Notes: generated by a model from the sequence alone, not told the origin. Positions 29,356 to 39,619 are shown, counted from the stretch's first letter. The stretch is 64,000 bases of DNA from a virus (IMGVR_UViG_3300032214_001459:430-64429); one strand, 5' to 3'. Made by a program: numbers and translations.

Positions 29356-30141
29356 ATGGGTATAAAGCTGTATAAAAACATCGAGATAGGTGATATTGGG
29401 CCTACCCCAGCAATACCATTTATCAGCGATGACAAGCTATCAACCGAGAAAAAAACCATAATGGCATTTGGTTCTTCGCTTGGTAGGCCAATTGCATACA
29501 AACAGGAACAAGCAGGACAGTTAGTACAGCATGTTCTTCCAGTATTCAAGACCGAGCATGGACAGATATCAACATCGTCTAAATCAAACCTAGAGCTCCA
29601 CACCGAGACAGCCTTTCATCCATTTAAGCCGTCGTACGTTCTCCTTTTGTGCTTAAGGGGAGATGCTGGTGCGGTAACCACATACGCAAACACTGAAGAC
29701 ATAGTTAAGAAGATAAGTAAAAAATCACTCGAATTGCTTCAGCAGTCAATTTATGCAACAAGAATAGATGACAGCTTTCGTTCGAATGGTGAGCCAGATT
29801 TTGAAATGATTGTAAAAATATTGAAAAAGAATTCAAATGATGGATTCGACATAACCTACGATAAACATTTCATGCGTGGAATAACAAGCGAAGCGCAGGA
29901 AGCTCTAGACGAACTCAACGAAGCAATAAATGAAAGCGTGCAGGATATTGTTTTGGAGCAGGGTGATTTATTGGTAATTGATAATAGAACTACAGTCCAT
30001 GGAAGAAAGCCATTTGCCGCAAGATATGACGGAACCGACAGGTGGGTAATGAGACTGCTTGTCGTAGACTACTCAATACCTAGACAACACTTAAGAGGAA
30101 ATACAATCGTTACAGATTTTGGCAAACAGACAACGCTATGA
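29356..30141 (+). CDS. Clavaminate synthase/asparagine oxygenase-like (TauD-fold) dioxygenase
   Basis: LELHTETAFH, LLLCLR, GDLLVIDN..TVHGR.PF.ARYDGTDRW. Confidence 0.88.
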   Translation: MGIKLYKNIEIGDIGPTPAIPFISDDKLSTEKKTIMAFGSSLGRPIAYKQEQAGQLVQHVLPVFKTEHGQISTSSKSNLELHTETAFHPFKPSYVLLLCLRGDAGAVTTYANTEDIVKKISKKSLELLQQSIYATRIDDSFRSNGEPDFEMIVKILKKNSNDGFDITYDKHFMRGITSEAQEALDELNEAINESVQDIVLEQGDLLVIDNRTTVHGRKPFAARYDGTDRWVMRLLVVDYSIPRQHLRGNTIVTDFGKQTTL

Positions 30142-30410
30142 ATAGAAACAAAACATCTGCATACCCAGTCGCCGTTATTGAATCTAGATACAGCGGAACA
30201 TACGAGGGTGGGAAGTGGCACGCAATCCCAAGATATGACGAAGTAGTTTCGCTTGAGTCTTATGACGACTACAGGAACGGTGACGATTGTTCGGCTGTCG
30301 ATTTCTGGGATTCAACGGATGCGTTACTGATAGGCGTTGGAGAAACTCCAGAACTGGCCATAGCTGACATGTGGCTGAAGATTTCATCCATCACACCCGA
30401 AGATTGGTAG
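30138..30410 (+). CDS. Hypothetical protein
   Basis: SRYSGTYEGGKW...GVGETPELA; ATGA overlap. Confidence 0.7.
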   Translation: MNRNKTSAYPVAVIESRYSGTYEGGKWHAIPRYDEVVSLESYDDYRNGDDCSAVDFWDSTDALLIGVGETPELAIADMWLKISSITPEDW

Positions 30411-30476
30411 CATCTTTTTTAGAGATACTTCACCTATTTCACATCTCGGTAAGAGATTGGGTGCAATAATGTACTC

Positions 30477-30623
30477 ATGTTTATTTTTCTAATTATCTCA
30501 GTAGCGTTGGTCGTATTAACACACAAATTCATAATGGCAGCAGTCAATAATTACGAATACCACGGAAGCAATACCGCAAGACAAGAGTGGATTAATTTCG
30601 AGAGGGAAAGACTCGGGCGCTAA
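30477..30623 (+). CDS. Small membrane-anchored protein (48 aa)
   Basis: Read manually: MFIFLIISVALVVL... hydrophobic N-terminus. Confidence 0.45.
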   Translation: MFIFLIISVALVVLTHKFIMAAVNNYEYHGSNTARQEWINFERERLGR

Positions 30624-30865
30624 GGCTCGATAAAGATACATTCCCCAGGGCACTCTTCGGCTGCCTCTATAACGTCAGAGAGTCTTTCGTCTGCGAAAGA
30701 TGCCATTCCTGCTGCTCCCTCCGGGTTCCCCACAGCGGCCGCATAAATCTTGTCCCCTTCTTTTACATACGCAAGACCGTCTGGCATCATGTGGAAAACA
30801 TCTGGGGCTATCTCCGCGCAAAGACCATCTCCAGTGCATAAGTCTTGGTCAATCCAAACTCTCAT
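30620..30865 (-). CDS. Ferredoxin (single-cluster, actinobacterial type)
   Basis: MRVWIDQDLCTGDGLC..IAPDVF...AAEECPGECI; TAATG coupling to upstream gene. Confidence 0.9.
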   Translation of the reverse strand: MRVWIDQDLCTGDGLCAEIAPDVFHMMPDGLAYVKEGDKIYAAAVGNPEGAAGMASFADERLSDVIEAAEECPGECIFIEP

Positions 30866-31320
30866 TATTTTTCCCTTGTAATTGGTCCACCAGTTACCCA
30901 AGCTCTACAAGTTCTCTTTGATGCGCATTTAAAGTCAAATGCTTCGCAGTAGCCAAGTTGGCCTGCGCCATCTATTGCTTCCCACTCGTCTTTCCTCTCG
31001 CCACCAGTAACACCACCCTCTATGCATGCCATCATGGATGGGGTTTTTATAAAAAGCGAACAGTTGCCGCATAGTTGTTTCTTCGCCGAAGCGGAGTCAA
31101 CTTCCCATTCTTTTGCAATCTTTTTCCAATAGTCTTCATTTGGCTCAGCTGGATTTAATGGTCCGTACATTGCTGTATCAATAGCCTTTTTACGATTCCG
31201 CAGATTAACAGCAATATCCTTTGTGGCTGTAGGGCATTTACCGGACGAAGAAGCGTCTTTTTCTTCGAATCGAAAACCTTTCACAACACCACTGTATGTG
31301 CCCCACGTTTCGTTACTCAT
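30865..31320 (-). CDS. Cys-rich hypothetical phage protein
   Basis: CPTAT...YGPLNP...CGNC...GYCEAFDFKCASKRTC. Confidence 0.7.
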   Translation of the reverse strand: MSNETWGTYSGVVKGFRFEEKDASSSGKCPTATKDIAVNLRNRKKAIDTAMYGPLNPAEPNEDYWKKIAKEWEVDSASAKKQLCGNCSLFIKTPSMMACIEGGVTGGERKDEWEAIDGAGQLGYCEAFDFKCASKRTCRAWVTGGPITREK

Positions 31321-31321
31321 A

Positions 31322-31603
31322 TTACTCTTCGCTATCTGGGATACCGTTACCGTTTTTATCTTCGGCATTTCTCCCGGTTGAAATCATCAATCCGGCTAGC
31401 GTACCAGTAATAAAGGTTGCCACAGAGGAGAGCACGCCAAAGAACATCTTGTCGTTTTCGGCTTGAGCACCAATCGGTTGCGTAACGAATACGAGTGCCC
31501 AAAGGACTCCAACGGTTGTGATGAGGAGAACAAATCCAAGCATGCAGCCAATAACAAACTTAAGGCGAGCATCTAGTTCGGCTGCTGTTAGGCGTGGTCT
31601 CAT
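31322..31603 (-). CDS. Two-TM membrane protein
   Basis: Two hydrophobic segments, C-terminal DKNGNGIPD. Confidence 0.7.
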   Translation of the reverse strand: MRPRLTAAELDARLKFVIGCMLGFVLLITTVGVLWALVFVTQPIGAQAENDKMFFGVLSSVATFITGTLAGLMISTGRNAEDKNGNGIPDSEE

Positions 31604-31833
31604 GGGGCTACTACCTCTCCTGTTGTTGTTTCTGTTACTTCTGCGCTTGGGTCCCATCCAAGCAGCGTTTCTGTACACGCGCCATCTACTTTGCATTCTG
31701 GTGGCTCACATTCACTTTTGCCCCAGTTCTCGGGGTCTTGGCATGCATAACGATATCCACCATCATAGCCGCAGGCTGAAACTGCAATCAGCATGATTGG
31801 AAGCAGTTTAATTAATCGTGTTGACTTGTGCAT
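31600..31833 (-). CDS. Small lipoprotein
   Basis: Lipobox VSAC; YRYACQDPENW..ECEPP.C...G.C. Confidence 0.7.
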   Translation of the reverse strand: MHKSTRLIKLLPIMLIAVSACGYDGGYRYACQDPENWGKSECEPPECKVDGACTETLLGWDPSAEVTETTTGEVVAP

Positions 31834-31926
31834 GCGCTGGCACCCATCAATTCGGCGCAAGTACAATCGTTCGCGCACCAAGTCTCACAACTGCAATGTG
31901 CACATTGGCACTCAGACTTTTCATGG

Positions 31927-32199
31927 CTACCGGGCATCATTTTCCTTTGCTTTTACTGGAGCTTTTTTGTCAACCTTGTTAAACACATCATTGATTTCAG
32001 AACTTGAAAGTTTTCCATCTTCCAAAAATGCCCGCGAGAGGCCCTCGATTACGACTGCAACCCCTGCAATTCCAGCCATGAAGACAGCTTTGTGTACCGG
32101 AACACCAGCGATAGTTCCTGCACCGATAACACCAAGACCAGATGCGGCGAAAGTAGCAAGAATTCTAAGTAAAACATTTACAGTTAAGTCCTTTTTCAT
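31927..32199 (-). CDS. Holin-like membrane protein
   Basis: Two TM segments, DGKLSSSEIND and basic tail. Confidence 0.55.
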   Translation of the reverse strand: MKKDLTVNVLLRILATFAASGLGVIGAGTIAGVPVHKAVFMAGIAGVAVVIEGLSRAFLEDGKLSSSEINDVFNKVDKKAPVKAKENDAR

Positions 32200-32223
32200 A
32201 CAACCATTATCCCATACTTGCGG

Positions 32224-32625
32224 TTATTTGATTTTGAACTCAGCCCATGTTTTGTCGCCAATTCCAAAGTATTCCCTAGCAAGACCAGACTGGATTATGT
32301 CAATATTCAAGCAGGCTGTTTTCGGGTCATCCACGTTGTCGGATGAGAAGATTCTTGCCAATATCCGTCCGTATTTATCGTTTTTGTCAGGAATTGTATT
32401 TACAAAAACCCATTTATGGTTTGTGAGCCACTCTTCTGTGAATTTCTTGGCTTTAAGACCGAGCTCTTTTTCGGCAAGGTCTTTAGTACGTGATTCTGGA
32501 GTATTTACCCCGTACAGGCGAACCCTCATTTTGTGATGAATATTAAACCCAAGGTCGACCATTAATTCGATTGTGTCTCCATCAATGACCTTTAAGAGCG
32601 TTGCCCCATACCAGAATCGTTCCAT
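32224..32625 (-). CDS. SNase-like (thermonuclease) protein
   Basis: KVIDGDT, RVRLYGVNTPE, DKYGRILA, GLAREY. Confidence 0.9.
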   Translation of the reverse strand: MERFWYGATLLKVIDGDTIELMVDLGFNIHHKMRVRLYGVNTPESRTKDLAEKELGLKAKKFTEEWLTNHKWVFVNTIPDKNDKYGRILARIFSSDNVDDPKTACLNIDIIQSGLAREYFGIGDKTWAEFKIK

Positions 32626-34154
32626 TAGTACTTGGATATTCCGTTATTTTTGCCTGGCGTTCTCTTCGGTGCTGGTGGGCCAACTTGTGGCTTTGGCTTA
32701 AAAAACCCTGGGTCTGGGTTCTTATCCTTGTCAACTCGTGGACCTCTAGCAGGACCACTGGCCTGTTCTGTCCTGTCGGCTCCAGGTCGTGTGGCAGAAG
32801 GATTGCTGGTTCGTGGGTATCTGTCAGCAGGCTTTTGGTCACGTGGGCTTGATGGGGAAGGTTTCTGACCAGGAGGATACTTCTTGCCTGGCTCTGGATA
32901 CCTATCCGCTGGTTTCTGGTCGCGCGGCTTTGATGGGGAAGGCTTCTGTCCTGGTGGGTACTTCTTCTCAGGGTCGGGATACCTATCTGCAGGCTTTCCT
33001 GGCTCGTAACCCTTTGGATAAGGAGGGTTTGGCTTGGGGTTAGGCTTTTTAGGTGGTTCTGAACTGGTTGCTGGTTTCTTTGATTCTCCAGCACGAACCC
33101 TTCTATCGTATTCAGCTCTTGCTGCCCTGCGGGCTGCACGCTCTTTTTCGTCACGGTCTTCTTTTTTGGCGTTTGCAGTAATTCCCTGTTTCTTCAATTG
33201 ATTTCTAACAAAACGCTTTCTATCTTCATCCTGAGTGAATTTGGCTCTTGCTTCAGCTCTTGCGTCTCTTTCGTTTTCTGGTCTGTCATAAATCTGATTC
33301 TGAATTTGACCTTTGCCGTCTTCCTCGGGGACAATCCTTCCCATTCGTGTCGGCGTTATTCCTCTTCTTGCTAACTCGCGTCGGACTTCTTGTCTTCTTC
33401 GCTTTTCAAGGAATGAGTTACTTAGTTTCTTGTATGGCTCTCTTTGTTTTTTAGGCTTGGCTTGCTCGTTTTCTGTACCGTCGAAAACTGTTCCGTCACC
33501 ATCACGGTCGATTTCGTCTTCTGGATTGCTTCCTGGTGGTGGTGCGCCTCCAGCGCGTTGTCCTATCGATTGTCCAAGAGCAGAGCCGCCAGCTTTTACT
33601 TCAATTTCTTCGAATTCTTCTGACTTCTTTTTTGAGTTCTCATATCTTTCAAGAAGTCTTCTTCCTTTTGCCGCCAATGCAGCAGCATCTTCTGCATTCT
33701 TTGGAACTCTCTCGCCCCAAGCCGTAGCGGACAACGCAAGCCTTGTTGCTCTTCCTTTTTCATCAACCATTGGTCCGGATGGATTTGTGAAGAAGCGTGT
33801 GAGGAATGAACCTTTTCTTCTCATCTTCTCTGGAGTATCTGCTGGCCCTTTTACTCCAGGCTTCAAATTTGCGCCTTCAGTGCGCTTGAAGAACTTTCTT
33901 CCTTCAGCAGTAAGACCACCATCTGGGTCCTTTAGTGCTGACTTTTCTTCTCTTTCATCGAACTTGTCTGACAGTTCGTCAAAAACTCGTGCGCCGTAAT
34001 ACTCGTCATAGAGTGGCGTTCCTTCAAGATGTACTTTTCCATCTTCTGTGGGTTCGATTATCAAATCGCTCTTTATGAAAATCTCTTCGATTTTGAGCAA
34101 TTCTTCGTACATTGAGTCAATTTCGTTGTTATCCATGATTACCAATTCTCGCAC
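32625..34154 (-). CDS. Head-module protein with DxDGDG module and Pro-rich tandem repeats
   Basis: KDPDGGLT...GANLKPG...RRKGSF domain; DRDGDGTVFDG; directly downstream of MCP. Confidence 0.75.
   Translation of the reverse strand: MRELVIMDNNEIDSMYEELLKIEEIFIKSDLIIEPTEDGKVHLEGTPLYDEYYGARVFDELSDKFDEREEKSALKDPDGGLTAEGRKFFKRTEGANLKPGVKGPADTPEKMRRKGSFLTRFFTNPSGPMVDEKGRATRLALSATAWGERVPKNAEDAAALAAKGRRLLERYENSKKKSEEFEEIEVKAGGSALGQSIGQRAGGAPPPGSNPEDEIDRDGDGTVFDGTENEQAKPKKQREPYKKLSNSFLEKRRRQEVRRELARRGITPTRMGRIVPEEDGKGQIQNQIYDRPENERDARAEARAKFTQDEDRKRFVRNQLKKQGITANAKKEDRDEKERAARRAARAEYDRRVRAGESKKPATSSEPPKKPNPKPNPPYPKGYEPGKPADRYPDPEKKYPPGQKPSPSKPRDQKPADRYPEPGKKYPPGQKPSPSSPRDQKPADRYPRTSNPSATRPGADRTEQASGPARGPRVDKDKNPDPGFFKPKPQVGPPAPKRTPGKNNGISKY
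32815..32998 (-). repeat. In-frame tandem repeat, 27-aa (81-nt) unit KPADRYPxPxKKYPPGQKPSPSxPRDQ, about 2.3 copies
   Basis: Visible in translation and DNA. Confidence 0.85.
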
Positions 34155-34167
34155 ATAAATGTCCGTA

Positions 34168-34214
34168 CAAAAGAAACACCCCCGATTTCGCCATTATGGC
34201 TACTCTCGGGGGTG
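34168..34214 (-). terminator. Rho-independent terminator after major capsid gene
   Basis: CACCCCCGA/TCGGGGGTG stem followed on minus strand by TTTCTTTT. Confidence 0.8.
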
Positions 34215-34243
34215 AGACTTAATTTTGCCTTAAAGGCTGAGTA

Positions 34244-35626
34244 TTACGGTGCCGTTGGAGCGTTGTCGAATGTGACTTCAACGAATGCTTCTGGACGCTT
34301 GACAGCGAGAGCAAGTCTCTGTTCTGCCAAAACGACGATTGCGTTGCGCACGAAGAAGTCGCTGTGCTGTTCGCTGATGCGAATGCTTGCTTCTTCTCTG
34401 TCGTACAACTGAGCGCCGGTTCCGAACGCACCAACAAGTGCCTTGCCTTCGGTCATTGCTGGAGTGTCAATGATTGGCATTCTCCATACCTTTGGCTCGC
34501 CACCCATTGCAACTGACACAGCAACCAAGTACTGGCCATTGCCATCCTTGGTCAACTCGATGTCTTCCCAATCGTTCGGGTGCAACACGATACCCGATGG
34601 CTCGTAGTAAGCCAAGAAGGAGAGTGTTGCAGCACGACGGAGAGCGTCTGCCTTGGTGTCACCCATACCAGCTGTTGCCGAGTAGGCACCAGATGACCAT
34701 GAGTATTGCTGAACGTTTGGTGTGTTCATGATTCCGAGGAGGTTTTCGCCAGCACCGTTACCGTTGAGGATTTGATTATCCTCAAGAAGACGGAGACCGT
34801 ACATCAACTCGTTGTCGATGATTGAGCGCAACTGTGGCTCATCGGCGAGGACGTTGCGGTGTGCAGCTTCCCAGTGTGCCAATGTGCGGATAGGAGCTTG
34901 CTCACCAACGAATGCGAATGAAGATTGTGGCTTCAAACCAAATGCTGTTCCAGCTGATGTTCTTTCAGCAACTGATGATGCCGAGTTTACTCCAGCTCCA
35001 GCCTGAAGGGTTGTGAAACCAAGCTGACGGAAGTACTCGATAACTGCTGCGTTTGTTCTACGAACTGGGAACAAGTCACGAACACGCTTCGTACGCATCG
35101 GAGGAAGAACCATTGCATCGCGCTGAACTGTTCCAAACTCACCGAGGCGGCTGTTTGTTACTGCAGTTGTTGGCAATGCTGTGTAAATGTCCTTCTGCTG
35201 AATGCCGAAGTTGTGTGTTGTCAATGAAGTTGCAACCTGCCATGGTGATGACATGTTTGCACCGTTACGACCGTTAGCCAATGACTTGAATTCTGGTGAA
35301 TCCAAGAACATCTGACCAATTGTCTTAACTTCATGTGAAGAAAGTTGTCTGAAGTCTGCTGATGCAGCTGCGTATGCGGCTGAAACAGTTTCTCCTTGTG
35401 GCTGATTTGACCATGACTCAACTGAGCCCATTGTCTCGAGGTCGGACAAGAGTGACTTAATTTCCTTGATGTCTCTCATGTTCTTATCGAAAGCTGTTTT
35501 CTGGTCTGCCGAAACTACAACAGTTCCTTCTTCGATTTTGAATGAATCTGCAATGGCCTTGTTTTCTGCCATCTTACCGCGAAGAGCTGATTGCAACTCT
35601 TCTGTTCTTGCTGTGTCTTGCGACAT
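34244..35626 (-). CDS. Major capsid protein (HK97 fold)
   Basis: VRDLFP, KPQS, IRTLAHW, L.D.PQL.SII...L.YGL...ED.QILNGNG.G.NL.GI, F.RN.I..LAE.RLALAV.RPEAF. Confidence 0.95.
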   Translation of the reverse strand: MSQDTARTEELQSALRGKMAENKAIADSFKIEEGTVVVSADQKTAFDKNMRDIKEIKSLLSDLETMGSVESWSNQPQGETVSAAYAAASADFRQLSSHEVKTIGQMFLDSPEFKSLANGRNGANMSSPWQVATSLTTHNFGIQQKDIYTALPTTAVTNSRLGEFGTVQRDAMVLPPMRTKRVRDLFPVRRTNAAVIEYFRQLGFTTLQAGAGVNSASSVAERTSAGTAFGLKPQSSFAFVGEQAPIRTLAHWEAAHRNVLADEPQLRSIIDNELMYGLRLLEDNQILNGNGAGENLLGIMNTPNVQQYSWSSGAYSATAGMGDTKADALRRAATLSFLAYYEPSGIVLHPNDWEDIELTKDGNGQYLVAVSVAMGGEPKVWRMPIIDTPAMTEGKALVGAFGTGAQLYDREEASIRISEQHSDFFVRNAIVVLAEQRLALAVKRPEAFVEVTFDNAPTAP

Positions 35627-35778
35627 ATTTTTTCTCCTATTGAGATGTGAGGGTTGATTATGTTTACTTACCGTGGCTTAGGTAAGCACCCAGCCCTGTG
35701 ATATCAAAATTAACAGATATTTGTCACTACTTAGTGCAACTAATTAAGTTTCACAACAAAAGTGTGTAAATATATAAT

Positions 35779-36855
35779 TTACTTTTTTTTGTTCAATCTT
35801 TGGCTCAATGGAACCTTTGGATTTTTCTTAGCAAGCACTGTTCTGACGGCAGATTCCATTCGTTCTTTTTCTCTGTTTTGAATGTTTCTGCGCCCAAGCG
35901 ATGTTGACCCAGTTCTGTTCGAATAATCAGTCATATTCGTGCATGGCATCCAGACGACTCGTCCGTTTTTGGACATTCTTCGGCTTATTCCTATGCAGCC
36001 AAGCTGACGCGAACGAGCTCTTGCTGACTCTTGGTCCAAGAACACGTCTTGCGCATTTTCATTGACATATTCAGGGCCGATTGATTTACCAGAAACAATT
36101 CCAACTCCAGGAACGCCAACTATCCCCCGTATCGGCTTTTCTTGCAGTTCCTCAAATTGTTGATTTGGGTTCATTCGCCTTCTTCCCTTTGCCCTGGTCT
36201 TTGGACCAGACGACTCGGGGACTACTGTTCTCCACTTAGGACCTTCTGCGAGGTTGGAAATTCTGTCCATCTCTTCCATTGTCGAACATGGCATCCAATT
36301 GCCGTCTTTATCCTTGTGCACACCAGAACAACCAATCATTTTTGCGACATTCATCGCTTCCTGAAGTTTTTTGTCTGACTTTATTCTTATTTCATTGAAT
36401 AGATTTAGCAATTTTGTTTCTGAATCAGAGTCAGCAAAGTAGCTTTTCCGCGCAGAACGACCAGCATCGGCTGCAGCCTGAGTGTTTGCAACAAACTGCT
36501 TTCCAAGTTTGCTTCCTTTTTTCTTTTTTGCATTTGTTGCTTTTTTCTGAGCGTCACTAAGCTTTGACCATGCCTTTTTAGGCAGATACCGAGTCGTTCC
36601 ACCATCCCTGATAGCTGGCTTGCCGTCGGATGTAGTCCATTTTTCTTTTGTCCAGTCAGAAAGAGAACGCTGGGTCTTGGACTTACCCCCACGATAACCA
36701 CCGCCATTTTTCTTGTATGCAGCAGCTAGGAGTTGCGCCTTCCTGGCCGACCATTGACCGCTGCGACCACCAAGGGAGCCATTCAAAATCCTATTTTTAA
36801 GGCTCTCCCGTAGCTTTGGCTTCGTATATGTCGATGCTCTTTTTCTTTCGCTCAT
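35779..36855 (-). CDS. Basic phage head-module protein with two GC.G....WMPC repeats
   Basis: YTKPKLRE...GQWSARKAQLLA..YK..GGGY, WTKEKW, RYLPKKAW; GCSGVH...WMPC and GCIGIS...WMPC. Confidence 0.75.
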   Translation of the reverse strand: MSERKRASTYTKPKLRESLKNRILNGSLGGRSGQWSARKAQLLAAAYKKNGGGYRGGKSKTQRSLSDWTKEKWTTSDGKPAIRDGGTTRYLPKKAWSKLSDAQKKATNAKKKKGSKLGKQFVANTQAAADAGRSARKSYFADSDSETKLLNLFNEIRIKSDKKLQEAMNVAKMIGCSGVHKDKDGNWMPCSTMEEMDRISNLAEGPKWRTVVPESSGPKTRAKGRRRMNPNQQFEELQEKPIRGIVGVPGVGIVSGKSIGPEYVNENAQDVFLDQESARARSRQLGCIGISRRMSKNGRVVWMPCTNMTDYSNRTGSTSLGRRNIQNREKERMESAVRTVLAKKNPKVPLSQRLNKKK

Positions 36856-37616
36856 GAGAGCCTCTTCAGTCTTGACTTTATTGATTCAGAATACCTATGC
36901 TCAGGTCTTACTGACTTTTCTGAAATTTCTTCAATCCTTTTTGATAGCGCACTTGAGCGTCTAGTCAATCTAGTTCCATCAAGATTGCTCACCATTGACT
37001 TTCGAGCAAATCTTCTCATTTGGCCTTCGCCAACATAGTTGTTGATTTTATCTATTGAGTGGTTTGTGATTCTCTTAGAGTCCTTTTGTACTATCTGGTT
37101 GATTGAGGAATCAAATCCAATACCGTAAGCAGACAGAGACGTTATAACAGAACTCTTTTTTAATCTACTCTTAAATGAGCCGGCTTTAAATGCGACCATG
37201 TTTATCTTTGCGGTCACATTAGAGAATTTACGTATTTGCTTTCCAGAATGTTGCGAAGATTCCTTGCCTTCCGAGAGGATGCTTCTTTCTTTAAATGCCT
37301 TTCCTCTTGTTTTTCTATCAAACTCAGTTTTTATTGCTGGGACTATCGTTGACTCGATATTTGATACGTCCATTATTGATTTACTGATATATGTTTCAAA
37401 AAGCGCAGCAGTATTACCCGTGATTGACTTGAACTCAGTTATTTCTACACCGTCAGGCATCGACTTACTATCAATGGAGCCAGTCTTGAGGATGTGCTGA
37501 GTGACCGACTTACCGTACTCATTGATACCGTGAACAGAAACCATTCCCTCTTCTCGAACAGCTATAACCAGTGGTGTATTTCTTACTGAGTCTTTTATTA
37601 CTGCATATGTTTTCAT
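36852..37616 (-). CDS. Hypothetical protein
   Basis: 254-aa ORF, coupled to neighbours. Confidence 0.7.
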   Translation of the reverse strand: MKTYAVIKDSVRNTPLVIAVREEGMVSVHGINEYGKSVTQHILKTGSIDSKSMPDGVEITEFKSITGNTAALFETYISKSIMDVSNIESTIVPAIKTEFDRKTRGKAFKERSILSEGKESSQHSGKQIRKFSNVTAKINMVAFKAGSFKSRLKKSSVITSLSAYGIGFDSSINQIVQKDSKRITNHSIDKINNYVGEGQMRRFARKSMVSNLDGTRLTRRSSALSKRIEEISEKSVRPEHRYSESIKSRLKRLS

Positions 37617-39619
37617 TAGTTACCACCACGCACTACTGATTTTAGTTTTTCTTTTTGGGAGTTAAGTGATTCAATTCTTAGAGAAAATAGCTTGTCAATG
37701 ATGTTTATATGTATTTTTTCTCCAGTGGAGAGTCCATATTTGTCAAGTTCTCCAATCACTTCTTGCTTATTAATTGAACGAGCCCTGTTTATAAGCTGGG
37801 AAAGATACTTCATAAATATGATTCTTTGTTCAACTTTCAAGGCTTGGTAGTACTCTGAGTATGAAGGTATCAACTGTGATTCGTAGTAATTATCAATTGC
37901 CATTTTCATTCTTTTTGTGATTTCTATCTTCGACAAGTCAATAAGGCCTGACGAGTTATTGTTCGCAACGATTGCGCGAACCCCATCACTTGTCTCTACT
38001 GGGTATATCGATGTCATTGGTCTTTCTCTCTGGTCTGTTAGATAGTCAGACACCATGATTCTCGCAACATCAATAGGCTCTAGGTCATTAAATTTAATGT
38101 TTGGATTAAATTTGGAGCCAGGAATAACGCTCTCGATATCTTGCCTCATATACATTCTGTTATTGTTTTTTGCTGCAGCAAATACAACTTCCGGGGACTG
38201 CAGACCGAGCTTTCTCTGTATGTTTGAGGCAAATTTTTCAGCTAGATGTTGGAATGCTTTAGGGTCCTTGTATAGGAACCACTTACCGTCACCAGCCGCA
38301 ACAAGCGACACAGCATCTGAAAGTTCCTGTCTAGCGAGTATTGATGGGTCACGAAGTATTTGTTCGATTATCTCTGGTGAGATTTCTGAGAGTTTTCCAC
38401 CATTTGCAATATGGTTTATTGCTTGCTCGAGGTTGGTTATGAGTTTTACGTTCTTTTCTTCTTTTAGCGGGCTTGATGAGCTTGGTATCTTTGGTGAAGA
38501 CAGTTTTCTATTCTTTATAAGCTCATCCACCCACTTAGGGCTTCCTGAAATTAGATTATTTGGATTCTTTATTCCACGGAAATCTTCTGAGTACCTAATT
38601 CCATCGCCCATTTCGTTTGCGACGAACTTGAGACGTGACGAAGGGTCCTTCCCGATAGGAGTTGACATTGCTGTGCTTACAGTTCTTCCGAGTTTTCTTC
38701 TTTCTCCAACCGTTAGCTTGCGAGCTTTCTCCAGACTTATAGTGGAACCGCCTGGAATAACGTAGACAAGCGATGAGATGCCGGTATTTGAAAGCATTCC
38801 GAGCTCTTCGTTCCCAACATCTTCCATTGTGAGTAGCGAGCGAAGGTAAGTTGCTCCCTCCATGTCCCTGTTGTCTGGAATGGCTCTCAACACCTTGTCT
38901 GGAACAACTGGTTCTAGAACAAAACCATCTCGCCTAACCATTCTTCGGATTAGCTCATTGGATGATTTGTTGTATTTTCCAATTTCATCAACAAGTGAGG
39001 ATGAGCCAAGTCTTCTGGCTGAAGGGTTATCAAAAGACACCTTCGGTATTTGTGGAGCCCGTGATGAAATTATCGAGCTAGGTGCGGCAACTCCAGTTAT
39101 ATCTCTTCCACTAGTGCGGCTTACGTTGCCCCTTACGGCCCTGCGTACCGCGCTGATGGCAAGACCAAGCGGGGAAGGAATGTCAAAAAGCTTTGCTCCA
39201 CACGTAGATAGACGGGAGTCGGTGAATCGACCACCATACTGATATCCCTCTGGGCATCGGTATCCTCTATTTTGACCAGGCAGCGAGCCACCTATTCCGC
39301 TCGGCTTGCCTGGAGTTAATGTCCGGTAAACCGTGGAGCGAACTGGGGAGCGAAGTGGGTCGGAGTCTCCGGGTATTGCAAGACTAGTTAATGTCGAGCC
39401 AAGTTTTCTAACAGCGTTGGCCTTGAACTGAATTGAATTAGAGCTTTTATCTTTTCTTCTCGTATTTCCATTCAATCTAGATACTGCTTTGTAGTCAACG
39501 AATAGTTGATTAACCGCGCCTATGCCTCTTATTGCATCAGTGTTCGATTTAAGAAATAAATCAGCAACTATCGTCCGCTTTACCTTTACTTCAGGGCAGC
39601 AGTCTTGATTAATTTCCAC
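37616..39619 (-). CDS. Head-module protein with CPxG..FTD..C leader and degenerate HipA/PI3K-like kinase fold
   Basis: Likely GTG start at 39619 after GGAAGAG (ORF track 39712); LYK...LAEKFAS...LGL.SPEV...DYL.DQRER pattern. Confidence 0.65.
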   Translation of the reverse strand: MEINQDCCPEVKVKRTIVADLFLKSNTDAIRGIGAVNQLFVDYKAVSRLNGNTRRKDKSSNSIQFKANAVRKLGSTLTSLAIPGDSDPLRSPVRSTVYRTLTPGKPSGIGGSLPGQNRGYRCPEGYQYGGRFTDSRLSTCGAKLFDIPSPLGLAISAVRRAVRGNVSRTSGRDITGVAAPSSIISSRAPQIPKVSFDNPSARRLGSSSLVDEIGKYNKSSNELIRRMVRRDGFVLEPVVPDKVLRAIPDNRDMEGATYLRSLLTMEDVGNEELGMLSNTGISSLVYVIPGGSTISLEKARKLTVGERRKLGRTVSTAMSTPIGKDPSSRLKFVANEMGDGIRYSEDFRGIKNPNNLISGSPKWVDELIKNRKLSSPKIPSSSSPLKEEKNVKLITNLEQAINHIANGGKLSEISPEIIEQILRDPSILARQELSDAVSLVAAGDGKWFLYKDPKAFQHLAEKFASNIQRKLGLQSPEVVFAAAKNNNRMYMRQDIESVIPGSKFNPNIKFNDLEPIDVARIMVSDYLTDQRERPMTSIYPVETSDGVRAIVANNNSSGLIDLSKIEITKRMKMAIDNYYESQLIPSYSEYYQALKVEQRIIFMKYLSQLINRARSINKQEVIGELDKYGLSTGEKIHINIIDKLFSLRIESLNSQKEKLKSVVRGGN

